A DNA stretch of 64,000 nucleotides from an uncultured Actinomycetota bacterium (GTDB lineage: Bacteria > Actinomycetota > Geothermincolia > Geothermincolales > RBG-13-55-18), in assembly GCA_964462595.1 (NCBI GenBank), contig CAYWXM010000060.1, positions 9,029 through 73,028 of the forward strand. Reading direction: 5' to 3'. The notes beneath the pieces were generated by a model. That model was not told the DNA's origin. It was given only the letters and a program-made list of their open reading frames with translations, and made no database searches. Shown piece by piece: positions 35,983 to 45,683 of the stretch (its first letter is position 1; every line of letters begins with the position of its first letter). The position numbers were made by a program, and so were the translations under genes.

Positions 35983-37763
35983 ACGATAACGGGAAGACGA
36001 GGCTGGTGCTTGGTTACGGCACCTGTGGCATCGCCGCCGGGGCCGGCGTGGTAAAGGAAGCCCTGGAGAAAGAGCTGGCGACGGGGAAATACGACGCCTG
36101 CCTGGACATCGCCGGCTGCATGGGGGCCTGTTTCAGGGAACCCATAGTAGAGGTGAAAAAACCGGATGGCAGCTCGGTGGCTTACGGAGACCTCACGCCC
36201 AAGCGGGTTCCCCAACTCCTGGAGGCGGTGGCCAGTGGAGAGGTGATCGAGGACTGGGTGGTAAGGCGCTCCGACGACAAGGATGCGGGAGAGGGAGACT
36301 TTTTCGCCAACCAGCACCGCATCGTGCTGCGCAATTGCGGCAACATAAACCCCGAGAGCATAGAGGAATACATAGCCGTCGGCGGATACGATGCGGCGAG
36401 AAAGGCCCTGACCTCCATGCCCCCCGAGGAGGTCATCGACGAGGTGGCGAAATCCGGTATCCGGGGGCGCGGTGGGGCCGGGTTCCCCACCGGCACCAAG
36501 TGGGGGTTCGCGCGCAAGGCGAAGGGGGACCAGAAGTACCTGGTATGCAACGCGGATGAAGGAGACCCCGGAGCTTTCATGGACCGCAGCGTCCTGGAGG
36601 GTGATCCCCATGCCGTCATCGAGGGGATGATCATAGCGGGATACGCCATCGGGGCCACCCAGGCATATATATACTGTCGCGCCGAGTACCCACTGGCCCT
36701 CAAGAGGCTGGATATCGCCATCGCCGCCTGCCACGAGTGGGGCTACCTGGGCAAGGGTATCTTCGGCACAGACTGGGATTTCGACATCAAGATCAAGAAA
36801 GGGGCCGGCGCTTTCGTCTGCGGCGAGGAGACGGCGCTCATTGCCTCCATAGAGGGCAAGCGGGGAATGCCCAGGCCGCGCCCACCCTTTCCGGCCAACG
36901 AGGGGCTGTGGGGAAAACCCACTAATATCAACAACGTGGAGACGCTGGCGGCGGTATCGTGGATCATCGCCAACGGAGGTGACAAGTACGCGAGCATAGG
37001 AACGGAAAAGAGCAAGGGGACCAAAGTCTTCTGCCTCGCCGGGAAGATCCGCCGCAGCGGACTGGCCGAGGTGCCCATGGGTTATACCCTGAGGCAGGTC
37101 ATATTCGACGTCGGAGGCGGGGTCATCGAGGGCCGCGACTTCAAGGCCATACAGATGGGTGGCCCCTCGGGCGGCTGCCTGCCGGCCAGCCTTCTGGATA
37201 CCGAGGTCGATTACGAGGCCATCACGGCTACCGGCGCCATAATGGGATCGGGCGGCATGATCGTGGCCGACTCCACCACCTGCATGGTGGACCTCGCCCG
37301 CTACTTCCTCTCCTTCACCCAGGAGGAGAGCTGTGGGAAGTGCGTGCCCTGCCGCATAGGGACCAAGCGCATGCTGGAGATACTCACGCGTATCTGCGAG
37401 GGGAAAGGGGAGCCGGAGGACCTGGAGAGGCTGGAGGTGCTGGCAGAAGATATCAAAGCGGGCAGCCTGTGTGCCCTGGGAGGGACCGCTCCCAATCCCG
37501 TGCTGACCACGCTGAAATATTTCCGCAACGAATACGAGGACCATATCTTCGCCAAGAAATGCACGGCGGGCGTATGCCCCGCCCTTATCACCATCTATAT
37601 CGACGAGGAAAAATGCACGGGATGTGGCGCCTGCGTCAAGGTATGCCCGGTAGGCGCGATATCGGGAGAAAAGAAGAAGCCGCACTCCATCGACCCGGAC
37701 ACATGTATTCGCTGCAAGTTATGCATAAGCCGGTGTCCGGAAGACGCTATCTACGCGGAATGA
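35979..37763 (+). CDS. nuoF: NuoF-like NAD(P)H-binding flavoprotein subunit (FMN, 4Fe-4S) with C-terminal ferredoxin clusters
   Basis: GRGGAGFPTGTKW FMN/NADH motif, SCGKCVPCR, C-terminal 2x CxxCxxCxxxCP. Confidence 0.85.
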   Translation: MNDNGKTRLVLGYGTCGIAAGAGVVKEALEKELATGKYDACLDIAGCMGACFREPIVEVKKPDGSSVAYGDLTPKRVPQLLEAVASGEVIEDWVVRRSDDKDAGEGDFFANQHRIVLRNCGNINPESIEEYIAVGGYDAARKALTSMPPEEVIDEVAKSGIRGRGGAGFPTGTKWGFARKAKGDQKYLVCNADEGDPGAFMDRSVLEGDPHAVIEGMIIAGYAIGATQAYIYCRAEYPLALKRLDIAIAACHEWGYLGKGIFGTDWDFDIKIKKGAGAFVCGEETALIASIEGKRGMPRPRPPFPANEGLWGKPTNINNVETLAAVSWIIANGGDKYASIGTEKSKGTKVFCLAGKIRRSGLAEVPMGYTLRQVIFDVGGGVIEGRDFKAIQMGGPSGGCLPASLLDTEVDYEAITATGAIMGSGGMIVADSTTCMVDLARYFLSFTQEESCGKCVPCRIGTKRMLEILTRICEGKGEPEDLERLEVLAEDIKAGSLCALGGTAPNPVLTTLKYFRNEYEDHIFAKKCTAGVCPALITIYIDEEKCTGCGACVKVCPVGAISGEKKKPHSIDPDTCIRCKLCISRCPEDAIYAE

Positions 37764-37773
37764 GGTGGCAGGA

Positions 37774-40506
37774 ATGGAAACTATCCACGTGAACATAGAC
37801 GGCCGGGATATCACGACCACCAACGAACACACCATCCTGGAAGCCGCGAGGGAGAATGGCATACGCATACCCAGCCTGTGCCACGAACAGCGGCTGGAGC
37901 CCTACGGAGCCTGCCGCATCTGCCTGGTGGAAGTGGAGGGCGCGAGGGGGCTTCTCCCTTCCTGCTGCACCAAGGTAACGGACGGGATGGTGGTGCATAC
38001 CACCACCGATCAACTGGTAAGGCTGAGGCGGACGATACTGGAGCTTATCCTGTCCGACCACCCCAAGGACTGTATGACCTGCGAGAGCTCGGGCAATTGC
38101 GAACTGCAGGACCTGGCCTACGAGTACGGGATAAAGGAAGTGCGCTTCCAGGGAGAAGAGCATCATTACGAGGTGCTCGACGATAACCCGCTGATCGAGC
38201 GCGACTACGATAAGTGCATCCTGTGCGGCCGCTGCATCCGCATCTGCCGCGAGGTGCAGGGCGTGGGCGTCTACGATTTCGTCAACCGGGGGTTTGACGC
38301 GGTGCCCGGGATACCCTACGAAAAGCCGATGACGGAGTCTCCCTGTGAGTTCTGCGGCCAGTGCGTATCCGCCTGCCCCACGGGAGCGATTATCTCCATA
38401 CCCTCCAAGGGCAGAGGCCGCTCCTGGCAGATCGAGAAGGTCAGGACGACCTGCCCTTATTGCGGGTGTGGCTGCCAGCTGGACCTGCACGTGCGGGAAG
38501 GAGAGATCGTGGAGGTGTCCTCGCCGGTCATGGTGGGGCCGGGAGAGGGCAATCTCTGCGTGAAGGGGCGCTACGGATATCCCTTCACACAGCACGAGGA
38601 CCGCCTGAAGACGCCGTTGATCAGGAAAGACGGCGAACTGGTGCCCGCTACGTGGGAGGAGGCGCTGGAGACGGTCGCCAAGCATATCAACAAGGCCATG
38701 GACGACAGGGGACCGGAAAGCGTAGCCTTCCTGAGCTCCGCGAAATGCACAAACGAGGAGAATTACCTGCTCATGAAGCTTGCCCGCGCGGGAGTCGGCA
38801 CCAATAACGTAGACCACTGTGCCCGCCTGTGCCATGCGTCCACCGTGGCCGGCCTGGCAAAGGCTTTCGGGAGCGGCGCCATGACCAATTCCATCGATGA
38901 CCTGGAAAAGGCCGGCTGCATCCTGGCTATCGGCTCCAATACCACCGAGAGCCATCCCATCGTGGGCTTGCGCGTGAAGAGAGCGGTGATGCAGAACGAC
39001 TGCAAGCTTATCGTGGCCGACCCGCGCCATATACGCCTCTGCTATTACGCCGATCAGTGGATGCGGCAAAAGCCGGGCACCGACGTGGCCCTCCTCAACG
39101 GTATGATGAACGTGATCCTGGCCGAGGGCCTGGCGGACGAGGAGTTCATAAGCCAGCGAACCGAGAACTTCGAGGAATTCAAGAAGGTCATCGAGGGGTA
39201 CCCGCCCGAGAGGGTAGCCGATATATGCGGGGTAGCGGCTGAAGATATCCGCCGCGCTGCGCGCACCTTCGCCGAGGCCGATAGCGCCGCCATAATATAT
39301 GCCATGGGCATAACCCAGCATACCACCGGCGTCGACAACGTCCTGTCCACGGCCAACCTGGCCATGATCACGGGCAACCTGGGCAAAGAGGGCGGGGGGG
39401 TGAATCCCCTGCGAGGTCAGAACAACGTGCAGGGAGCCTGCGATGTGGGAGCCCTTCCCAACGTCTTCACTGGCTACCAGTCCGTTTCTGACCCCGCGGT
39501 AAGGAGCAAGTTCGAGGAAACCTGGGGGGTGGACTATCTGCCTGGTAACCCCGGTCTGACGATCATGGAGATGATGGAGGGCGCCGAGAAAGGGGACATC
39601 AGCGTTCTCTATATCATGGGTGAGAACCCAGCTCTTTCCGACCCCGACACGGCCCACCTCCTCGAATGCCTGCAAAAACTGGAGTTCCTGGTGGTGCAGG
39701 ATATCTTCCTCTCCGAGACGGCCCGATACGCGGACGTGGTGCTGCCGTCCTCTTCCTTCGCCGAGAAAGAGGGGACCTTTACCAATACCGACCGTCGCGT
39801 TTTAAGGGTGCGCAAGGCACTGGAGCCCCCGGGTGACGCCAGGGAGGATTCCTGGATAATAGCCCAAGTGGCACAGAGGCTGGGCTACGATATGGGAGAC
39901 GTGTCGGCGGCGCGGGTGATGGACGAAATAGCCTCCCTCACCCCCTCCTACGGAGGGGTATCGTACGCGAGGCTGGATAAGGAGGGCGAACTGAGATGGC
40001 CCTGCCCGAGCTCGGACCACCCCGGAACCCCCGTCCTTCATGTAGGCAAATTTACCAGGGGCAAAGGTCTTTTCAGCCCGGTGGAGTTCAAGACGCCCGC
40101 AGAGATGCCCGACGAAGAATACCCGTTCGTGCTGACCACGGGAAGGCTGCTCACGCATTTCCATACCGGTACCATGTCCCGTCACGTGGATGAGCTGGAC
40201 GAATTGGAGCCGCGCAACCGCTTGTGGCTGAATCCCACCGACGCCGGTAAACTTGGTGTCGAAAACGGCGAGGAAGTGGCCGTGCAGTCGCGCCGTGGCG
40301 CGATAAAGCTGGAGGCGATGGTGACGGACAGAGTGGCGGAAGGCGTGGTCTTCGTGCCCTTCCATTTCCGGGAATCTCCCGCCAACGCGTTGACGAACCC
40401 GGCCCTGGATCCCGTGGCCAAGATACCGGAGTTCAAAGTCGCCGCGGTGCGGATACTGAAGGGTGATTCCATGGCGGGAGTTGAATTCATCTCCATGGCG
40501 ACATGA
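37774..40506 (+). CDS. fdhA: formate dehydrogenase catalytic (alpha) subunit, molybdo/tungstopterin, Cys-type (no selenocysteine), with NuoG-like N-terminal FeS domain
   Basis: N-terminal 2Fe-2S + 4Fe-4S cysteine clusters; catalytic NVDHCARLCHAST with Cys at the Sec position; MopB domains; GAGGTGG RBS before ATG 37774. Confidence 0.85.
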   Translation: METIHVNIDGRDITTTNEHTILEAARENGIRIPSLCHEQRLEPYGACRICLVEVEGARGLLPSCCTKVTDGMVVHTTTDQLVRLRRTILELILSDHPKDCMTCESSGNCELQDLAYEYGIKEVRFQGEEHHYEVLDDNPLIERDYDKCILCGRCIRICREVQGVGVYDFVNRGFDAVPGIPYEKPMTESPCEFCGQCVSACPTGAIISIPSKGRGRSWQIEKVRTTCPYCGCGCQLDLHVREGEIVEVSSPVMVGPGEGNLCVKGRYGYPFTQHEDRLKTPLIRKDGELVPATWEEALETVAKHINKAMDDRGPESVAFLSSAKCTNEENYLLMKLARAGVGTNNVDHCARLCHASTVAGLAKAFGSGAMTNSIDDLEKAGCILAIGSNTTESHPIVGLRVKRAVMQNDCKLIVADPRHIRLCYYADQWMRQKPGTDVALLNGMMNVILAEGLADEEFISQRTENFEEFKKVIEGYPPERVADICGVAAEDIRRAARTFAEADSAAIIYAMGITQHTTGVDNVLSTANLAMITGNLGKEGGGVNPLRGQNNVQGACDVGALPNVFTGYQSVSDPAVRSKFEETWGVDYLPGNPGLTIMEMMEGAEKGDISVLYIMGENPALSDPDTAHLLECLQKLEFLVVQDIFLSETARYADVVLPSSSFAEKEGTFTNTDRRVLRVRKALEPPGDAREDSWIIAQVAQRLGYDMGDVSAARVMDEIASLTPSYGGVSYARLDKEGELRWPCPSSDHPGTPVLHVGKFTRGKGLFSPVEFKTPAEMPDEEYPFVLTTGRLLTHFHTGTMSRHVDELDELEPRNRLWLNPTDAGKLGVENGEEVAVQSRRGAIKLEAMVTDRVAEGVVFVPFHFRESPANALTNPALDPVAKIPEFKVAAVRILKGDSMAGVEFISMAT

Positions 40507-40667
40507 TGGAGCTCCGGGCCGGTAGAAGCAGTTTATACTGACCGGGGATTGTTTCGATGGTAGAATATAAACGGACCGGGGCAGGCGGGAGCGCTTGGAT
40601 GCGCCAGTTAAAGGGTATGTTTCTATAGAGGTGCCGTAGTGAATCGCGTAAACGGGAGAGATGTTAT

Positions 40668-42179
40668 ATGAATCTATACCAGAATCTCGTGAGGACGGCG
40701 GAAAAGAATCCTGATACCACGGCGATCTTTTTCGGGCACGACACCATATCCTATGGGGAACTGCTGGCGCACACCAACCGTCTGGCCAATGGCCTGCACG
40801 GCCTGGGGGTGGACGAGAATTCCAAGGTCGCCATTCTCCTCCGCAACGTGCCCGAATTTGTTATCTCCTATTACGCGATCCTGGCCCTCGGCGCCACGGT
40901 GGTGCCCCTGTGCTACATGTGCTTGATCGAGGAGGTCGACAAGATAGTATGTGATTCCAACGTCGAGACGATGATAACCAACTTTGAATTCGACGACCTC
41001 GTAAAGGAGCTGCAGTCATCCATGTGCTCCGAAGTTCAACGCATCATCGTCAAGGACGCGCCGGAGCTGGAGGGGGTCATAGCCTACGAGAAGCTCGTGG
41101 AGGGCCAATCCGAGAAGCTGGAGGCCGCCAGCAGGGAAGAGGACGACGTGGCGGTTATCCTTTATGCGCCCACGTCTTCCAGGGTGGTCAGGGGGTGTAT
41201 GCTCACCCACCGCAATCTCGATTGGAACGCCGAAGTGATGTCAAGGCAATGCTCTTTGACGAGCGAGGACGTGGTCATGGCGGTGCTGCCCTTTTTCGCG
41301 GTTTACGGCCAGAGCTGCGTAATGAATTCCTCCATAAAGGCGGGGGCGAGCCTGGTGATGCACGAATCGTTTATCCCCGGAGAGGTGCTCAAGGCCCTGC
41401 AACACGAGCAGGTCACCGTGTTCTTCGGGGTACCGACGATGTTCGTCTACATCCTCAATCACCCGCTCATCTACCAGTACGACCTGGGCTCGGTGCGCTT
41501 GTGGTTCACGGGTGGAGCGCCCTTCCCTCGCGAGGTCATGGACCGCTGGAACAACGAGCTGGGCTCGAGGATCTACGAAGGCTACGGGCTGACGGAGGCC
41601 GCGCCCCTGGTGACCATGCAGCCACTGGGCGGGCCATACAAGATCGGATCTATCGGGATTTCACCCGATGACCTCGAGGTGAGGGTAATAGACGAGGAAG
41701 GAAAGGAGCTCGAACGCGGCGAGGTCGGAGAATTGATCGTGAAGGGCCCTAACGTCATGAAAGGGTATTACAGCAAGCAGGACGAGACGGATAAGGTCTT
41801 GAAGGATGGTTGGCTTCACACGGGCGACATGGTCTATATCGACGAAGATGGTTTCGTCTTCATCGTAGGCCGTAAGAAAGACCTGATAATAAGGGGTGGG
41901 TTCAATATCTACCCCAGGGAGATAGAGGAAGTCCTCGTCTCGCATCCCCTTATATCCGAGGCGGCGGTGGTGGGGATCCCCAACAAGTACCTGGGCGAGG
42001 AAGTGAAGGCCTACGTTAAGCAGAAGCCGGGCTCCAACCTGACCGAGGAGCAGGTGCTCGAGTTCTGCGAGGAGCACCTGCCCTATTACAAGACCCCCAA
42101 GTTCGTGGTCTTCGTGAGGTCTTTCAAGAAGGATCCCTCGGGTCAGATCCTCAAGGACCTCATCGAGGAGGAAACCTGA
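40668..42179 (+). CDS. AMP-binding acyl-CoA synthetase (long-chain-fatty-acid--CoA ligase family)
   Basis: AMP-binding motifs YAPTSSRVVRGCMLTHRN, YGLTE, GWLHTGD, KDLIIRGG. Confidence 0.8.
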   Translation: MNLYQNLVRTAEKNPDTTAIFFGHDTISYGELLAHTNRLANGLHGLGVDENSKVAILLRNVPEFVISYYAILALGATVVPLCYMCLIEEVDKIVCDSNVETMITNFEFDDLVKELQSSMCSEVQRIIVKDAPELEGVIAYEKLVEGQSEKLEAASREEDDVAVILYAPTSSRVVRGCMLTHRNLDWNAEVMSRQCSLTSEDVVMAVLPFFAVYGQSCVMNSSIKAGASLVMHESFIPGEVLKALQHEQVTVFFGVPTMFVYILNHPLIYQYDLGSVRLWFTGGAPFPREVMDRWNNELGSRIYEGYGLTEAAPLVTMQPLGGPYKIGSIGISPDDLEVRVIDEEGKELERGEVGELIVKGPNVMKGYYSKQDETDKVLKDGWLHTGDMVYIDEDGFVFIVGRKKDLIIRGGFNIYPREIEEVLVSHPLISEAAVVGIPNKYLGEEVKAYVKQKPGSNLTEEQVLEFCEEHLPYYKTPKFVVFVRSFKKDPSGQILKDLIEEET

Positions 42180-42237
42180 GCGTGGCTGCTTCATAAAGGC
42201 GTCGTGACGAGAAGCCTGGCAGCAAGACAAGTATAAT

Positions 42238-42269
42238 GGGGAGCGGTTAACGCTCCCTTTCGTTTTTTA
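42238..42269 (+). terminator. rho-independent terminator after acyl-CoA synthetase gene
   Basis: GGGAGCG-GTTAA-CGCTCCC hairpin followed by TTTCGTTTTTTA. Confidence 0.6.
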
Positions 42270-42384
42270 CGCATGGGGTACGAGCCGGTTGATGTCTCGA
42301 GATAAGCGGCGGTATTTCTGATTTCTTGCGCGCAAGCGGAGAAGCGCTATCGAGAGAACGCCGGCGGGAGGATCGGAGACTCGC

Positions 42385-43020
42385 TTGAACGGGTCGTTCG
42401 TGGACAGGCTGCTGGACTGGTTGATGCCCCTCTTTTCCAACTGGGGCTATCTCGTTGTGTTCGCGGGCGTTTTTCTGGAGAGCATTTTCCTCACCGGCTG
42501 GATAGCGCCGGGTACGACCGTCATCCTCATAGGCAGTTTTTTCGCCGCCCAGGGGGAACTGAACATCTTCATGCTCTGGGCGACAAGTGTCGTTGCCGCG
42601 CTTCTCGGCGATAACGTGGGATATTTTATCGGCCGCAGGATGGGCCGCGAAGCGGTGGAGAGATACGAGAGAAGGCCGAAGCTGCGTGTAGGCATGGAGA
42701 GGAGTCAGCACTTCTTTGCCCGCTATGGCGGCATTACCGTCCTCTTCGGACGCATGATCTCCGGGGTGGATGCCTTTATACCGCTTACCGCGGGGATAAA
42801 CGGCATGCCCCACTGGAAGTACATGGTATATGATACCCCGGGCGCCATGTTGTGGTCCGGCGTTTTCTGCGCACTGGGATACTTCTTCGGGGAGAACTGG
42901 CAGACCATAGACGAGGTCATCAACTGGCTGGGATGGGGAGCGCTCGGCATCCTGGCGTTGATCGTGATCGCGGCCTACCTTATCAACCGCCGCAGAAAGG
43001 AAAAGGAACAAGCCATGTGA
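42385..43020 (+). CDS. DedA/SNARE-associated family membrane protein (TTG start; alternative ATG 42424)
   Basis: DedA pattern ...GYLVVFAGVFLESIFL...PG...; 4 TM. Confidence 0.7.
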   Translation: MNGSFVDRLLDWLMPLFSNWGYLVVFAGVFLESIFLTGWIAPGTTVILIGSFFAAQGELNIFMLWATSVVAALLGDNVGYFIGRRMGREAVERYERRPKLRVGMERSQHFFARYGGITVLFGRMISGVDAFIPLTAGINGMPHWKYMVYDTPGAMLWSGVFCALGYFFGENWQTIDEVINWLGWGALGILALIVIAAYLINRRRKEKEQAM

Positions 43021-43128
43021 AACAATGGCTGAAAGGAACGCCGGGACCGCAACTCAGGCTGCCTGGCTTTGCCGGGATTGCGTTGCCGCAGGGGCGATAT
43101 CTATGCGGGCCAGCTCGGCGGGAGGAGT

Positions 43129-43158
43129 TTTACAGGCTTTCAGGGCTTGTGATAGAAT
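43129..43158 (+). promoter_or_regulatory. candidate promoter with extended -10 (TTACAG – 18 nt – TGaTAGAAT) upstream of mrp-like operon
   Basis: TGN-extended -10 element ~70 nt upstream of mrpE start. Confidence 0.35.
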
Positions 43159-43226
43159 CACGCTGATTCTTAGGCTGCATTGGCTGTTTTATATGGGTAA
43201 ACTCGATCGTTTTCGGGAGTTATGCA

Positions 43227-43727
43227 GTGGCAGAAGGTTACGCTTTCAGAAAAAAGCTCTTACTCTGCATCATCCTGTTTGCCTTCTGGATAGTGCTCAC
43301 CGCCACTGTTGCCCTGCACGATCTCGTCCTGGGGGCGATATGCTCGGCCTTTGTGGCCGTTCTCACCGTGGCCCTCATGGGCAGGGCCCTGGACCACCGT
43401 ATCACTCCCGCGGTGCTCCTCCGTCTCCCCTGGTTCATGCTCAGGCTGATCTGGGAGATGATCAAGGCCAACTATGACGTGGCGAAGATCATCATAAACC
43501 CCAAACTGCCCATCGACCCCGTAATAGTGACATACCACACCTACCTGTCCGGTGACCTGCCCCGCACGGTATTCTGCGATTCCATCACCCTCACCCCGGG
43601 CACGGTGACGGTGGATCTCTCAGATGACATGCTCAGGGTCCATTGCCTCTGTCCCTATCATGAGGAAGGGCTGGCCGGCCTGGAAAAGATGGTGGCATGG
43701 TTGTTCGGGGTGAAAAAAGATGGATAG
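43227..43727 (+). CDS. mrpE: Mrp-type cation/proton antiporter subunit E (MbhA-like)
   Basis: MnhE family size and topology, first gene of module. Confidence 0.65.
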   Translation: MAEGYAFRKKLLLCIILFAFWIVLTATVALHDLVLGAICSAFVAVLTVALMGRALDHRITPAVLLRLPWFMLRLIWEMIKANYDVAKIIINPKLPIDPVIVTYHTYLSGDLPRTVFCDSITLTPGTVTVDLSDDMLRVHCLCPYHEEGLAGLEKMVAWLFGVKKDG

Positions 43728-43992
43728 TTTCCTGATCGTAATAGCACTTATCATCAGCGTCAATGCGGTGATCTGCCTCTACCGTGCCGCGGTAGGTCCC
43801 ACTACCCAGGACAGGCTGCTGGGCGTGAACATCGTGGGCACCAAGACCCTGGTGGTGGTGGTGCTGATCACCTTCATCCAGGCCGAGAGTTTCTTCCTGG
43901 ACGTGGCCATCGTCTATGCCCTGCTGCTCTTCGTGGTGACCGTGGCCCTCTCGCGCTACCTGGAGACGGAGGGCTGGGAGGAGGCGGGGTAA
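43720..43992 (+). CDS. mrpF: Mrp antiporter subunit F (MbhB-like)
   Basis: 90 aa, 3 TM, MnhF pattern. Confidence 0.65.
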   Translation: MDSFLIVIALIISVNAVICLYRAAVGPTTQDRLLGVNIVGTKTLVVVVLITFIQAESFFLDVAIVYALLLFVVTVALSRYLETEGWEEAG

Positions 43993-43993
43993 C

Positions 43994-44323
43994 ATGGCAA
44001 CGAACATCGTGGCGGTCATATTCTGCTGTACAGGGACCTTTTTCTTTCTTCTGGGTACCACGGGCCTGCTGCGCATGCCGGACATCTTCAGCCGGCTGCA
44101 CCCGACCACCAAGTGCGACACCCTGGGAGCATGCTCGGTGGTCATCGGCATGGCCGTTTACAGCGGGTGGTCGTGGGACCTGGTAAAGCTCGTCCTCATC
44201 GCGTCTTTTCTGCTCCTTTCCAGCGCGACCTGCGGGCATGCCATAGGGCGCTCCGCCCTTAAGAGGGATATCGGGTACTGGAAGAAGAAAAGCGGGGAGG
44301 TGGAGGATGGGAACAGCGCTTAA
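43994..44323 (+). CDS. mrpG: Mrp antiporter subunit G (MbhC-like)
   Basis: 109 aa, MnhG pattern ...PD.FSRLH..TK..TLG. Confidence 0.7.
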   Translation: MATNIVAVIFCCTGTFFFLLGTTGLLRMPDIFSRLHPTTKCDTLGACSVVIGMAVYSGWSWDLVKLVLIASFLLLSSATCGHAIGRSALKRDIGYWKKKSGEVEDGNSA

Positions 44324-44558
44324 CATCACCTTCATGGTCCTCCTCGTGGCCACGGCCCTGCTGGCCGTCTTCGCGCGTGACCTGCTGGCCGCGGTGATCA
44401 TCTTCTCCGTGTACAGCCTGCTCATGGCCCTGATGTGGCAGCGCCTGCAGGCTCCCGACCTGGCCCTCACCGAGGCCGCGGTGGGCGCCGGGGTGACCAC
44501 GGTGCTTTTCGTGGTGGCCATCTTCAAGACGCGCAGGAGGGAGGAGGAAGAAGAGTGA
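44307..44558 (+). CDS. MbhD-like small membrane subunit (DUF4040 / MrpB N-terminal-domain-like)
   Basis: 83 aa, 2–3 TM, position between mrpG and mrpB-like gene as in Mbh/Mbx modules. Confidence 0.5.
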   Translation: MGTALNITFMVLLVATALLAVFARDLLAAVIIFSVYSLLMALMWQRLQAPDLALTEAAVGAGVTTVLFVVAIFKTRRREEEEE

Positions 44559-45307
44559 AAAGGATCATCTCGCTGCTCTTCATAGCCGCGCTGTTCGCGC
44601 TCCTGCTCTACGTGGTGGCCTGCATGCCGCCCATGGGTGATCCGGAGAATCCCACGAACTCCAGCGAAGTCATAAGGCGCTACCTCGAGAAGGCGGAAGA
44701 GGAGACGAATACCGTCAACGTGATCACCGGCGTCATCATCAATTACAGGGGCTACGACACCATGGGGGAGGTGTCGGTCATCTTCTGCGCCCTGGCGGCT
44801 GTGCTGGCCGTGCTGGGCAGGGAGAGGAGGGGGAGGATCTACGCCTACGTCGACCGCTCCAGGGTGCCGTCATCGGTCATCGTAAGGACCATGGTGGCCT
44901 TCCTGGTCCCCTTCATCGTACTCTTCTCCATCTACACCATCCTGCACGGCGAGATATCGCCCGGTGGCGGCTTCCAGGGCGGAGCCATTATCGGGGGCAG
45001 CATGATCGTCTTCACCACCATATTCGGGCTTTACGAAACTTCGCAGCGCATCCCGCAGCGGTTGCGTTTTCCCCTGGAGGGCTCGGCGGTGACCATGTTC
45101 TTCATAGCCGGGGTGCTGGGATTGGTTGGCGGAGGCAACTTCCTCACCTACGCCTGGCCGAATATCGCGGCCAGCCTTCAACACGCCGTGGTTGTCTGGC
45201 TCACCGTCCTGGTGGAGATAGGGATAGGCCTGGGCGGTGCCATGGTTTTCATATCCATCCTCTTCAGCATGATACGGGAGGAGGAAGAGATTGCGGTTGT
45301 TCCATAA
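44556..45307 (+). CDS. mrpB: MrpB-like (MnhB domain; MbhE-like) subunit; GTG start after [13 protein letters not shown] (track ORF start 44435 rejected)
   Basis: MnhB-domain TM pattern; overlaps upstream gene stop. Confidence 0.6.
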
Positions 45308-45683
45308 TTATCATTACATCGTGGCCATGCTGCTATTCTGCATCGGCATCTACACCGTCATCGTGCGGCGTAATATCATCAAGAAACTCATAGGTTTGAA
45401 TATCATGGAGACCTCGGTGTTCTTCTTCTATATCTCGCTGGGATACCTCGACGGCGGCATCGCCCCCATCCGGGTCGGCGGCGCCGACCCTTCATACATG
45501 GTCAACCCCCTGCCGCAAGCCCTTATCCTCACCGGCATCGTGGTGGCGGTGAGCGTGACCGCTCTGGCCCTGGCGCTGGTCATCCTGCTCTACCGCCAGT
45601 ACGGGACGTTGGACGTGGACCGCCTTTTCCGGGACGAGGAGGAAAAGTTGCAGGAGGGCGCGGAGAAGGAAGGCGCCACATAG
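45291..45683 (+). CDS. mrpC: Mrp antiporter subunit C (NuoK-like)
   Basis: 130 aa, 3 TM, NuoK/MnhC pattern. Confidence 0.7.
   Translation: MRLFHNYHYIVAMLLFCIGIYTVIVRRNIIKKLIGLNIMETSVFFFYISLGYLDGGIAPIRVGGADPSYMVNPLPQALILTGIVVAVSVTALALALVILLYRQYGTLDVDRLFRDEEEKLQEGAEKEGAT

Noticed and set aside
38800-38860. Possible selenocysteine (TGA) recoding in fdhA
   Set aside because: Reading frame is continuous with Cys codon at the active-site position (LCHAST); no in-frame TGA or SECIS needed.
44435-44555. Upstream start of MrpB-like ORF overlapping MbhD-like gene
   Set aside because: Out of context; GTG at 44556 with strong RBS gives a non-overlapping hydrophobic N-terminus.
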